The notes under the pieces were generated by a model. The model did not search any database, was not told where the DNA came from, and saw only the letters and a program-made list of their open reading frames with translations. Of a DNA stretch of 32,000 bases, positions 24,694 to 32,000 are shown one piece after another (positions within the stretch are counted from its first letter, which is position 1; each line of letters starts with the position of its first letter). The position numbers and the translations under genes are program-made. Source of the stretch: an archaeon (GTDB lineage Archaea > Iainarchaeota > Iainarchaeia > Iainarchaeales > JANQMZ01); the NCBI GenBank assembly GCA_028279805.1, contig JANQMZ010000007.1, positions 630,001-662,000 of the forward strand, given 5' to 3'.

Positions 24694-26253
24694 GTGGCTG
24701 AAAAAATAGAGGAAGAGAAAGGAGAATTAATAGATTCTTCGGCAGAAAAAGAGATTTTTTCAGGCTTTCCTTATTCTTTTTATCACATAATACAACCGAC
24801 TTTCAGTGAAAAAGAAAAAATTTTGTCAAAACTTCTTGCAGATGCAATTAACAGAAAAACATCTTTCACGGACTTGGAAGCAAAAATTGAAACAAAAAAG
24901 AAAAAAAGTTTTATTGAAGAATTTAATCAGAAAATTATTCAGGAAATTGAATCAAAGGAATTGTTAACGGTTATTCCTACAACTGAACAGGCAGATTCGG
25001 TTAAAGAACAGTTGTCTGAATTGATTTCAGAATTTTTTTCATTTGCATCAGAACCAAAACTTTTGGCTCAAAAAATTGCAGACAACTCAATTGGTTATTA
25101 TTCTTTGTCACCTTTAATGCGTGACTCTGATCTGGAAGAAATAATGGTGAACGGCTTTGACAGGCATGTTTTTGTTTTTCATAAAAAACATGGAATGTGC
25201 AAAACAAATATTGAGATTCCAAAAGACGGTTTTATTAATGAATTAATTAAAAGAATTTCACGCGTTGCCGGAAAAACTTTTAATGAAGAACATCCTTTGC
25301 TTGATGCAAGACTTCCTGACGGTTCAAGGGCAAATGCAAGTTTTTTAACAGTAACTCCTTTCGGGCATTCTCTTACAATAAGAAAATTTACACAAATTCC
25401 TCTGTCAATTGTTGACTTGATTTCAAACGGAACAATTTCATCAGAATTGGCTTCTTTTTTATGGTTGTGTGTTGACGGAATAAATGTTGAACCTATGAAT
25501 ATTATTGTTACAGGAGGCTCCAGTTCAGGCAAAACAACTTTGATGAATATTTTAAGCAATTTTATACGTTATGACAAGCGCATTATCACAATTGAGGACA
25601 CTTTAGAATTAAATCTGGGTTCAAGGGAAAACTGGATTCAGCTTGAAGCACGCCCCGCGATTCATGAATCAAAGCCTGTTACAATGAATGATTTGCTTAA
25701 AAATTCTTTAAGAATGCGTCCTGACCGTGTTTTGGTTGGAGAAGTGCGGGGAGAAGAAGCCCAGACATTGTTTGTGGCAATGGACACTGGCCATAAAGGC
25801 ATTCTTGGCACAATGCATTCAAACAATTCCAGGGAAATGACCCTGCGTTTTAAGAATGCTCCCATGAATGTTCCGGAAGCAATGCTGCCCTTACTTGATA
25901 TTGCGGTTGTAATGTTCAGAACTTTTGACAAAGAAAAAGGAATTGTAAGGCGTGTTAAGGAAGTTGCAGAAATAAGCAGAATGGATGACAAGGTTTTGCT
26001 GAGCAATATTTTTGAATGGAGCCCCAAAACTGATAAAATTCAGAGAACAGATGTTCCGTCAGCAACATTGGATGACCTGGCCCAGAAAATAAATCTTTCA
26101 AAAAAAGAGTTAATGAATGAAATGCTTGTAAGGCAAAGAATTCTTGAATGGATGCTTGAAAGCAATATTCGTTCAAATCCTGAGGTTGAAAAAATAATTC
26201 AAAAATATTATTCAAACCCGTCCGAGTTGCTTAAAGAAGTTTCAAACTTTTAA
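24694..26253 (+). CDS. Type II/IV secretion-family ATPase (archaeal FlaI/ArlI/PilB-like assembly ATPase)
   Basis: Walker A TGGSSSGKTTLMN, Walker B region RPDRVLVGEVRGEEA and His box TGHKGILGTMHSNN, with an N-terminal domain typical of the archaeal enzymes. Confidence 0.9.
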   Translation: MAEKIEEEKGELIDSSAEKEIFSGFPYSFYHIIQPTFSEKEKILSKLLADAINRKTSFTDLEAKIETKKKKSFIEEFNQKIIQEIESKELLTVIPTTEQADSVKEQLSELISEFFSFASEPKLLAQKIADNSIGYYSLSPLMRDSDLEEIMVNGFDRHVFVFHKKHGMCKTNIEIPKDGFINELIKRISRVAGKTFNEEHPLLDARLPDGSRANASFLTVTPFGHSLTIRKFTQIPLSIVDLISNGTISSELASFLWLCVDGINVEPMNIIVTGGSSSGKTTLMNILSNFIRYDKRIITIEDTLELNLGSRENWIQLEARPAIHESKPVTMNDLLKNSLRMRPDRVLVGEVRGEEAQTLFVAMDTGHKGILGTMHSNNSREMTLRFKNAPMNVPEAMLPLLDIAVVMFRTFDKEKGIVRRVKEVAEISRMDDKVLLSNIFEWSPKTDKIQRTDVPSATLDDLAQKINLSKKELMNEMLVRQRILEWMLESNIRSNPEVEKIIQKYYSNPSELLKEVSNF

Positions 26254-26752
26254 TAACAGAATATCCCGGGCCGGAATTTTTTAACTTTGATTCCATTAAA
26301 TCAATTTTTTCAGCTGAAAAACTTTCATTAAACTCAATTTTATTCAGTTCATCAACAAGTAAATAAAATTTTTTACCGTTAAAAAACTTGTTTCTGGCAA
26401 GAGTAAGGTGGCCGGAAAACCTTTCATTTTTGTTTTTTAATAAAATATTTATTTTTTCATTCAGTTTTTTTAAATCAGTTTTTCCTTTTTCCACACCCAA
26501 CCATAAAACGTTTGTTTTAAAGTTTCCTATTTTTTTAAAACTTATTTTTATTTTTTTTTGGTTAAGAAAAGAAAGTTGTCCAAGAATTTGTGTAATTTCT
26601 TCGTGGTTTTTTTCTCCTAAAAATTTTAATGTCAGATGCAGGTTTTCCTTTTTAACAATTTTCAGTTTTTTTGGAATTTTTTTGCTGAACGTTTCAAAAA
26701 TTTTTTCTTTGAGGGATTCAGGAATGTTTATTGCCAGAAAAACCCTTTTCAT
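26231..26752 (-). CDS. thpR: RNA 2',3'-cyclic phosphodiesterase / 2'-5' RNA ligase family (LigT/ThpR)
   Basis: Two H-x-T-x motifs (HLTLKFLG and HLTLAR) at the expected spacing in a 173-aa protein. Confidence 0.85.
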   Translation of the reverse strand: MKRVFLAINIPESLKEKIFETFSKKIPKKLKIVKKENLHLTLKFLGEKNHEEITQILGQLSFLNQKKIKISFKKIGNFKTNVLWLGVEKGKTDLKKLNEKINILLKNKNERFSGHLTLARNKFFNGKKFYLLVDELNKIEFNESFSAEKIDLMESKLKNSGPGYSVIKSLKLL

Positions 26753-27339
26753 TTTAATTCCTCTTTCATTATTTTTTCAAGTTTTTCCAGTCTCAAATAA
26801 TTGCTTTTAAGCTTCTCATTTGCCCTTTTTAAGGCATTTTTCATAAATTTTTTTTCAACAAGAATTTTTTCATTTTTTTTAACCGGAAAACTCATTTCCT
26901 GTGTTCCTTGAAATTCGATTAAAATTTTGTCATCGGAAACAACAATCATGCCTCCTCTTTTTATTCCGGCTTTTTTCATTATTGTTAAAATTTTTTGGGC
27001 ATTCTCCAGCGTTTTGCAGCCAATGTGCAGAATAAACGGTTCCAGTTTAAACCATAATTCTCCGATGCTTTTTTCTTTGAGTCCCTGCCATAATTCCTCA
27101 AACTTAACTTTGCGATGCCATTTTTTGTGAAAATAAGCTTCTTTTTTTCTGTCTCCTTTTGGCAGTCCAAGAATCAAAATTCTTCCGCTGCAGCATGAAC
27201 TTGTAAAAAAGTTTTTTGTTCCGGCAATAAACTCGCATAATGGCTTGAATGCTGTATCAATTTTTTTTTCTTTAATTGCTTTTTGAAGACTTTTTTTATG
27301 CTTTTCTTTAATTTTTTCAAATTTTGAGTCAGTTTCCAT
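26749..27339 (-). CDS. taw3: tRNA wyosine-derivative methyltransferase Taw3 (TYW3 family)
   Basis: FFTSSCCSGRILIL ... WFKLEPFILHIGCKTLENAQKIL..AGIKRGGM matches the TYW3/Taw3 signature (SSCSGRI ... PFILHV). It has a 4-nt overlap with ligT. Confidence 0.8.
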   Translation of the reverse strand: METDSKFEKIKEKHKKSLQKAIKEKKIDTAFKPLCEFIAGTKNFFTSSCCSGRILILGLPKGDRKKEAYFHKKWHRKVKFEELWQGLKEKSIGELWFKLEPFILHIGCKTLENAQKILTIMKKAGIKRGGMIVVSDDKILIEFQGTQEMSFPVKKNEKILVEKKFMKNALKRANEKLKSNYLRLEKLEKIMKEELK

Positions 27340-27976
27340 TTAAGTCCAGCCTTTTTATTTTAATTTTGTCTCCAAGGTACAACATTAAGGCCCGGCCATC
27401 TTTTACTGCTCCGATGTTTATGCTTAAAGTTTTTCCTATTTTTTCTTCACCATATGCTTCATGAATGTGCCCGCATAAATGAATTTCAGGCTGCCTGTCT
27501 TTAATTATTTTTTTAACGCTTTCACTCCCCCCATGTTCCCCGTTAAACAAATGGTCAAGTTTTGTATTTTTCGGAGGCATATGCGTTACCAGAATAAGGC
27601 TTTCTCCGGATGCATTTTTTTTAAGTGAATTCATTATTTGTTCTTCTGTTACCAAAACTTTTCCCGGGCGGGTCATTAGTGAGCCCCCAAATCCTGCAAA
27701 AGTCCATTTTCCTTGTTTTATTTTTTTATCATGCAGGTTTTGATTGTTTTCTTCCAGAACATCTATAACCATTGGCGTATCCAGGTTTCCGGGAATTGCT
27801 AAAATTTTGTACAGGCTTAAAATGTTCAAAACTTTTTCAGTGTCATTTTCATCCCCAAAATTTGTCAAATCTCCTGCGATTACCACAAGGTCAATCAATT
27901 CTTCTTCTGCTTTTTCAACCAGTTTTTTCAGGTTATCAAGACTTGAATGAATGTCGCTTAACACCAAAATGTTCAT
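27329..27976 (-). CDS. Calcineurin-like metallophosphoesterase (small Icc-related/COG2129-like type, not Mre11)
   Basis: Motifs LSDIHS, IAGDLTNFG, IPGNLD, LVTHMPP and CGHIHE in a 215-aa protein. Confidence 0.8.
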   Translation of the reverse strand: MNILVLSDIHSSLDNLKKLVEKAEEELIDLVVIAGDLTNFGDENDTEKVLNILSLYKILAIPGNLDTPMVIDVLEENNQNLHDKKIKQGKWTFAGFGGSLMTRPGKVLVTEEQIMNSLKKNASGESLILVTHMPPKNTKLDHLFNGEHGGSESVKKIIKDRQPEIHLCGHIHEAYGEEKIGKTLSINIGAVKDGRALMLYLGDKIKIKRLDLNGN

Positions 27977-28050
27977 TTTAACCCTTCTTTTCGGCTTTTT
28001 AAAGCGGAAAACCTTTTAATCTGCTCTCTTCAGAATATTGATAGATTATA

Positions 28051-28830
28051 ATGTTAAAAAAGCTTGTTTTGGCATTTTTGCTTGTTTTTCTTTTTCTGAA
28101 TGTTTCCGGGGACATATCAGTTTTATCTCCTGTTGAAAAAGTTGCTGAAAACAATTCGGTTTTAACAATCGGGGAAATGCAGCCAGGTGAAACTCTTGAA
28201 CTTCTTATAGACAGGGATGCCGGAAACTTTGAATGGAATTCTTTAACTGTTGAAAACGAGTCTTCTTTTCCGCAGCTCGATTTTTCTGTTGAAAAAACTT
28301 TTCAGACAATTTCTCTTTTTATAACCGTTCCTAAAACTTTTTCACAGGATGTTTTTAATTTTAAAATAGTTTTGTTGTCGGAACCTTTTGAGGAAAGCTT
28401 TAATGCCCGCCTGTCTGTTAAGGAAAATCTTTTATCATCTTCCTTGCTTGAAAAAAGCACTTCATCTGTCATTGGCCAAAAAACAAAGTATGATTTAAGA
28501 ATCGTAAATTCAAGTTCGGCTTCTCATAAAATAAGAGTTTCAAGTTCTTTGCCGGTTTACTGGTTTGAACCTTTTGAAACCGAACTGAAAGGAAAAGAGG
28601 AAAAATCTTTTGAACTGGAAGTTGTTCCGGTTGTTCATGGTTTAAGAGCTTTTGATTTTTTTGTTGACTCCCAAACAATTAATGAAAGAATGGCTGTTCT
28701 GAATGCTGATGTTAAAGTTTATCCAACGTTAAGGGGAAAACTTATCACCGCTTTTAACGGTTTTCCTATTTTTTCACCTTCATTGCTCCCTCATTACCTG
28801 ATTAATTCTTTTATAACTTATTTAACTTAG
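28051..28830 (+). CDS. Exported/surface protein, hypothetical (signal peptide, beta-rich)
   Basis: N-terminal signal-like segment MLKKLVLAFLLVFLFLNVSG. There are Ig/CARDB-like segments (MQPGETLELLI, KGKEEKSFELEVVP) and a hydrophobic C-terminus. Confidence 0.6.
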   Translation: MLKKLVLAFLLVFLFLNVSGDISVLSPVEKVAENNSVLTIGEMQPGETLELLIDRDAGNFEWNSLTVENESSFPQLDFSVEKTFQTISLFITVPKTFSQDVFNFKIVLLSEPFEESFNARLSVKENLLSSSLLEKSTSSVIGQKTKYDLRIVNSSSASHKIRVSSSLPVYWFEPFETELKGKEEKSFELEVVPVVHGLRAFDFFVDSQTINERMAVLNADVKVYPTLRGKLITAFNGFPIFSPSLLPHYLINSFITYLT

Positions 28831-28839
28831 GTGTTTTTT

Positions 28840-30420
28840 TTGTCTGATTTGAAAAAATATTCAAATGCTTTGGTACAAATGGTTGAATCAGGCAAAATTA
28901 AAACAAAAAAACAGTTAAATTCCAAAAAAGTTTCTCTGGCAAAACAATTTGAATTAAAACAAGTGCCGACCAATCCTGATATTTTAAAATTTTCAAAAAA
29001 ATCAAACAAAACCTTGAAACAATTATTTTCAGTTAAGCCGACAAGGTCTCTTTCAGGTGTTAATGTTGTTGCTGTTATGACAACTCCTCACGTGTGCCCC
29101 GGGAAATGCGTTTATTGTCCTGTAAGCCTTGTGGATTCTCCCACTCCCCGCAGTTATACCGGGTTGGAACCCAGCACTATGAGGGCTATAAGGAACAATT
29201 TTGATGCTTATAAGATTGTCAGGGACCGAATAGGGCAGTTTGAGAGAACCGGACACAATGCTCAAAAAATAGAACTTGTTATAATGGGCGGAACTTTTTA
29301 TTCACAGCCAAAAAAATTCCGAGAAAACTTTATTCTGGATGCAATAAACGGCATTACCCAAAAAAATTCTAAAACAATGAACGATGCCCGAATTGCTGCT
29401 GAAAATTCTGAAAAAAGAATGGTTGGACTGACTTTTGAAACAAGGCCGGATTATTGTGATAATGAAATTGTTAATGAAATGCTTTATTACGGCGGAACCA
29501 GATGTGAGTTAGGTGTGCAGATTCTGGATGATAAGGTTAATGATTTTACCAAAAGATTTCATTATATTAAAGATGTTGCTGATTCAACTGCTGCATTAAA
29601 AAATGCCGGTTTTAAAGTTTGTTATCATATTATGCCTGGATTGCCCGGCTCTTCAAAAGAAAATGATTTAAAAAAATTTGAAAAACTTTTTTCCGATTCA
29701 AGATTCAGGCCTGACATGCTTAAAATTTATCCATGTCTTGTTGTAAAAGGAACTCCTTTATATCATCAGTGGGAAAAAGGAGAATTTACTCCCATAACTT
29801 CTGATGAAGCGGCTGACATTATTGCAGAATTCAATCAGGTTATTCCTCCTTATGTACGAGTAATGCGTGTTCAAAGGGATATTCCTGCAACTTTAATTGA
29901 ATCCGGTGTTCAGAAAAGCAATTTGAGGCAAATGGTTGAACAAAAAATGAAAGAAAAAAAAATAAAATCAAAGGACATCAGGACAAGAGAAGTCGGATTA
30001 AAATCTTACAGGGAACAAACAAGCCCTGATTTTGGCAACATAAAACTTTCAACATTAAAATATGATGCAAGCAACGGAAAAGAGTTTTTTATTTCACTGG
30101 AAGACAAAAAAACCGATACCTTGTTCGGTTTTTGCAGGTTAAGAATTTTGCCTCAAAATGTTAAAACGTTTGGTTCTTTTGATTCCATTATTCGTGAATT
30201 AAGAATTTTTGGAGAATCCCTGTCCATAGGCTCAAGAAATGAAAAAGCCTCACAGCACAAGGGAATGGGCGTTAAACTGGTAAAAGAAGCGGAAAAAATA
30301 GCAAAAGAAGACTTTGATTCAAAGGAGATTGCGGTTATTGCCGGCTTGGGTGTTAAAGAGTATTACAGAAAATTTTTTAATTTTGAAAACTCGGGTTTTT
30401 TGATGTCAAAAAGGATTTAA
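28840..30420 (+). CDS. elp3: Elp3-type tRNA uridine(34) modification enzyme (radical SAM + GNAT)
   Basis: Radical-SAM cluster motif CPGKCVYCP and a C-terminal acetyltransferase region (QHKGMGVKLVKEAEKIA). The start is probably TTG 28840 (GGTGT 28830-28834 + 5 nt); the track start GTG 28831 lies inside the SD. Confidence 0.92.
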   Translation: MSDLKKYSNALVQMVESGKIKTKKQLNSKKVSLAKQFELKQVPTNPDILKFSKKSNKTLKQLFSVKPTRSLSGVNVVAVMTTPHVCPGKCVYCPVSLVDSPTPRSYTGLEPSTMRAIRNNFDAYKIVRDRIGQFERTGHNAQKIELVIMGGTFYSQPKKFRENFILDAINGITQKNSKTMNDARIAAENSEKRMVGLTFETRPDYCDNEIVNEMLYYGGTRCELGVQILDDKVNDFTKRFHYIKDVADSTAALKNAGFKVCYHIMPGLPGSSKENDLKKFEKLFSDSRFRPDMLKIYPCLVVKGTPLYHQWEKGEFTPITSDEAADIIAEFNQVIPPYVRVMRVQRDIPATLIESGVQKSNLRQMVEQKMKEKKIKSKDIRTREVGLKSYREQTSPDFGNIKLSTLKYDASNGKEFFISLEDKKTDTLFGFCRLRILPQNVKTFGSFDSIIRELRIFGESLSIGSRNEKASQHKGMGVKLVKEAEKIAKEDFDSKEIAVIAGLGVKEYYRKFFNFENSGFLMSKRI

Positions 30421-30446
30421 TATTTTTCAACCTGTTTTTTTGCACA

Positions 30447-30803
30447 ATGTTTGAAATTTTTATAGCCATTATTGTACTTTTAATAATAATAATTTTTTTT
30501 CTTTTTTTAAATTTTCAGAAAACAAAAAAAGAACTTTCTGATTTAAAATTTTTAAAATCCTCCCAGTCTGTCAAATATGGAAAAATAACTGAACAATGGA
30601 TGCCTTTTTTGGAGTCTTTTCCTTATGATCCGGGAAATTTCAGGTTTTTGGGTTCTCCTATTGACGGAGTTGCTTTTAATGAAGATAAAATTATTTTTTT
30701 GGAATTCAAATTTTCAGGTTCACAGCTTAACAAAAAGCAAAAAAAAGTTAAAGAATTAGTTAAAGACAAAAAAGTTGAATGGAAGGAAATCAGAATCAAT
30801 TAA
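30447..30803 (+). CDS. Membrane-anchored endonuclease-like protein distantly related to archaeal Holliday junction resolvase
   Basis: N-terminal TM helix (IFIAIIVLLIIIIFFLF), then GKITEQWMPFLESFPYDPGNFRFLGSPIDGVAFNEDKIIFLEFKFSGSQLNKKQKKV. The D...E.K core and context resemble the secreted or TM-anchored Hjc-related endonuclease family. Confidence 0.6.
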   Translation: MFEIFIAIIVLLIIIIFFLFLNFQKTKKELSDLKFLKSSQSVKYGKITEQWMPFLESFPYDPGNFRFLGSPIDGVAFNEDKIIFLEFKFSGSQLNKKQKKVKELVKDKKVEWKEIRIN

Positions 30804-32000
30804 CATTCATATGTTCTGTCTTTTTTTCCTTTTTTTAAATTATTAACTGCAAGTTTGATAAGTTTTTGTCCTCCTGGTGTAGGATATTCTCCTGTCAGGC
30901 AGGCAGTACATAATTCTTTTTTTGGTTTTCCTATTGCTTTAACCAGATCTTCAACTGTCTGGTAAATTAATGAATCTGCTTTCAGATATTTTCTTATTTT
31001 TTCAATTAGTTTTGGGTTGCGCTCTTTTAATGCTTTTACCATTTCATCCGGTTTTCTGTAACGGTTTGCAACAAGTTCATTTAATGTACTCATGTCTATT
31101 CCGTAAAAGCACGGATACATTATGGGCGGACAGCAAACTCTTAAGTGAACTTCTTTTGCTCCTCCGCTTTTAATATGTTCAACAAGCATTTTTGAAGTTG
31201 TTCCCCTTACAACACTGTCATCCACTAAAAACACTTTTTTGCCTTTCAAAACGCTTTTATTTAAAATAAACTTGTTTTTTACTTTTGCTGCTCTTTCGCT
31301 TGGTTCAATAAATGTTCTTCCCACAGACCTGTTTCTTATCAGCCCTTCCATTGAAGGCAAACCCAATTCCAATGCAAATGCGTCTGCTGCCGGTTTTGCA
31401 GTGTCCGGTGCGGGCACAACAATATATTCATCTGAATTAACTTTTTCTGTTTCTCTTTTTGCAAGATTTTTGCCCAGATTCCATCTTACTTTGTAAACTT
31501 CTTCTCCGTCAATTTTTGATGAAACGTTTGCAAAATAAACCCATTCAAACATGCAGTGTGCTGTTTTTTTGTTTTTTGCATATCTTTTTTTTTCAAATCC
31601 TGACCCGTTGAATAAAATCATTTCTCCCGGCTTAACATCTTTCATTTTTTCCACTCCGACGCTTGCCAGTGCCACTGATTCGCTTGCAGCCATTGCCGCA
31701 TGCCCGTTTTTTCCAAAAATAAGAGGGCGGAATCCGATTGGATCCCGGGATATTGCAACCTGCCCATCCGCATTAATAAAATTAATATTGTATGCTCCGT
31801 CCAATTCTCTTGAAAGAGAATTAAAAACATCTTTTAATGATTTTTTTTTGTCTCCAACAAATTCTTTTGAAATGTAATGCATTAATAATTCCGTGTCAGT
31901 TTGCCTCACCAGATGATATTGTTTTTTTTTAAGCCTTGTTTTTAAATCAGAATAATTTGCTATATTCCCGTTTAATCCGAAGGAAAACCATTTCCATTTT
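30800..32000 (-). CDS. purF: Amidophosphoribosyltransferase PurF; the 5' end lies outside the window
   Basis: The frame remains open upstream of the track's GTG to the window edge (..FGLNGNIANYSDLKTRLKKKQYHLVRQTDTELL). The PRTase motif KKVFLVDDSVVRGTTS and C-terminal Fe-S cysteines (CFYGID, CTACLTGEYP) are present. Confidence 0.92.
   Translation of the reverse strand, partial: KWKWFSFGLNGNIANYSDLKTRLKKKQYHLVRQTDTELLMHYISKEFVGDKKKSLKDVFNSLSRELDGAYNINFINADGQVAISRDPIGFRPLIFGKNGHAAMAASESVALASVGVEKMKDVKPGEMILFNGSGFEKKRYAKNKKTAHCMFEWVYFANVSSKIDGEEVYKVRWNLGKNLAKRETEKVNSDEYIVVPAPDTAKPAADAFALELGLPSMEGLIRNRSVGRTFIEPSERAAKVKNKFILNKSVLKGKKVFLVDDSVVRGTTSKMLVEHIKSGGAKEVHLRVCCPPIMYPCFYGIDMSTLNELVANRYRKPDEMVKALKERNPKLIEKIRKYLKADSLIYQTVEDLVKAIGKPKKELCTACLTGEYPTPGGQKLIKLAVNNLKKGKKDRTYEC

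Noticed and set aside
27329-27976. The metallophosphoesterase as the missing Mre11 partner of Rad50.
   Set aside because: It is only 215 aa. It has GNLD instead of GNHD, lacks a capping or DNA-binding domain, and has the overall pattern of small Icc-related (COG2129-like) phosphoesterases. It also sits in an operon with taw3 and ligT rather than rad50.
1-32000. CRISPR arrays, cas genes, toxin-antitoxin pairs or other recognisable defence systems.
   Set aside because: I saw no regularly spaced direct repeats at the DNA level, and none of the translated ORFs show Cas, restriction-modification, or typical TA motifs. HerA and NurA here have the canonical repair-type pairing rather than a defence-type context.

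Overview
This is a strongly AT-rich, very gene-dense archaeal chromosome segment with about 45 protein genes and 4 tRNAs in 32 kb. Same-strand genes often overlap by 1-11 nt. Three convergent pairs overlap at their 3' ends by 12-27 bp, and two more abut or overlap by 4 nt.

The content is mostly archaeal housekeeping and information processing:
- Translation and protein targeting: the conserved aIF6 / ribosomal protein LX / prefoldin alpha / FtsY cluster, SRP54, Pth2, an eL34-like protein, S17e, and aEF-1beta with its usual Zn-ribbon partner.
- RNA and tRNA maturation: RNase P subunit Rpp21, class I CCA-adding enzyme, Taw3, LigT/ThpR and Elp3.
- Replication, repair and transcription: archaeal DnaG, Hjc, NurA-HerA, Rad50 and RpoK.
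- Other: an A24 prepilin-type peptidase, MsrA/MsrB, thymidylate kinase, alanine dehydrogenase, a circularly permuted GTPase, a FlaI/PilB-type ATPase and PurF (partial).

By inference, the gene set, short proteins, AT richness and compaction fit a small-genome DPANN-type archaeon. I found no CRISPR array, transposase, integrase or recognisable defence island.

The items most worth a second look:
1. Two diverged paralogous small basic proteins share a near-identical 29-bp promoter/5' block and bracket msrB-msrA.
2. A 536-aa lipoprotein is built from about 18 tandem C-x13-C-x11 units.
3. Six genes share a GGTG(A/T)-N5-TTG initiation architecture, which moves their starts.
4. An eL34-like protein lacks all cysteines and sits in a GC-enriched patch.
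5. A membrane-anchored Hjc-like nuclease occurs in addition to canonical Hjc.
6. The DSB-repair genes are dispersed and no Mre11 is present in the window.

All functional calls come from reading the supplied translations for family motifs. No database search was run.
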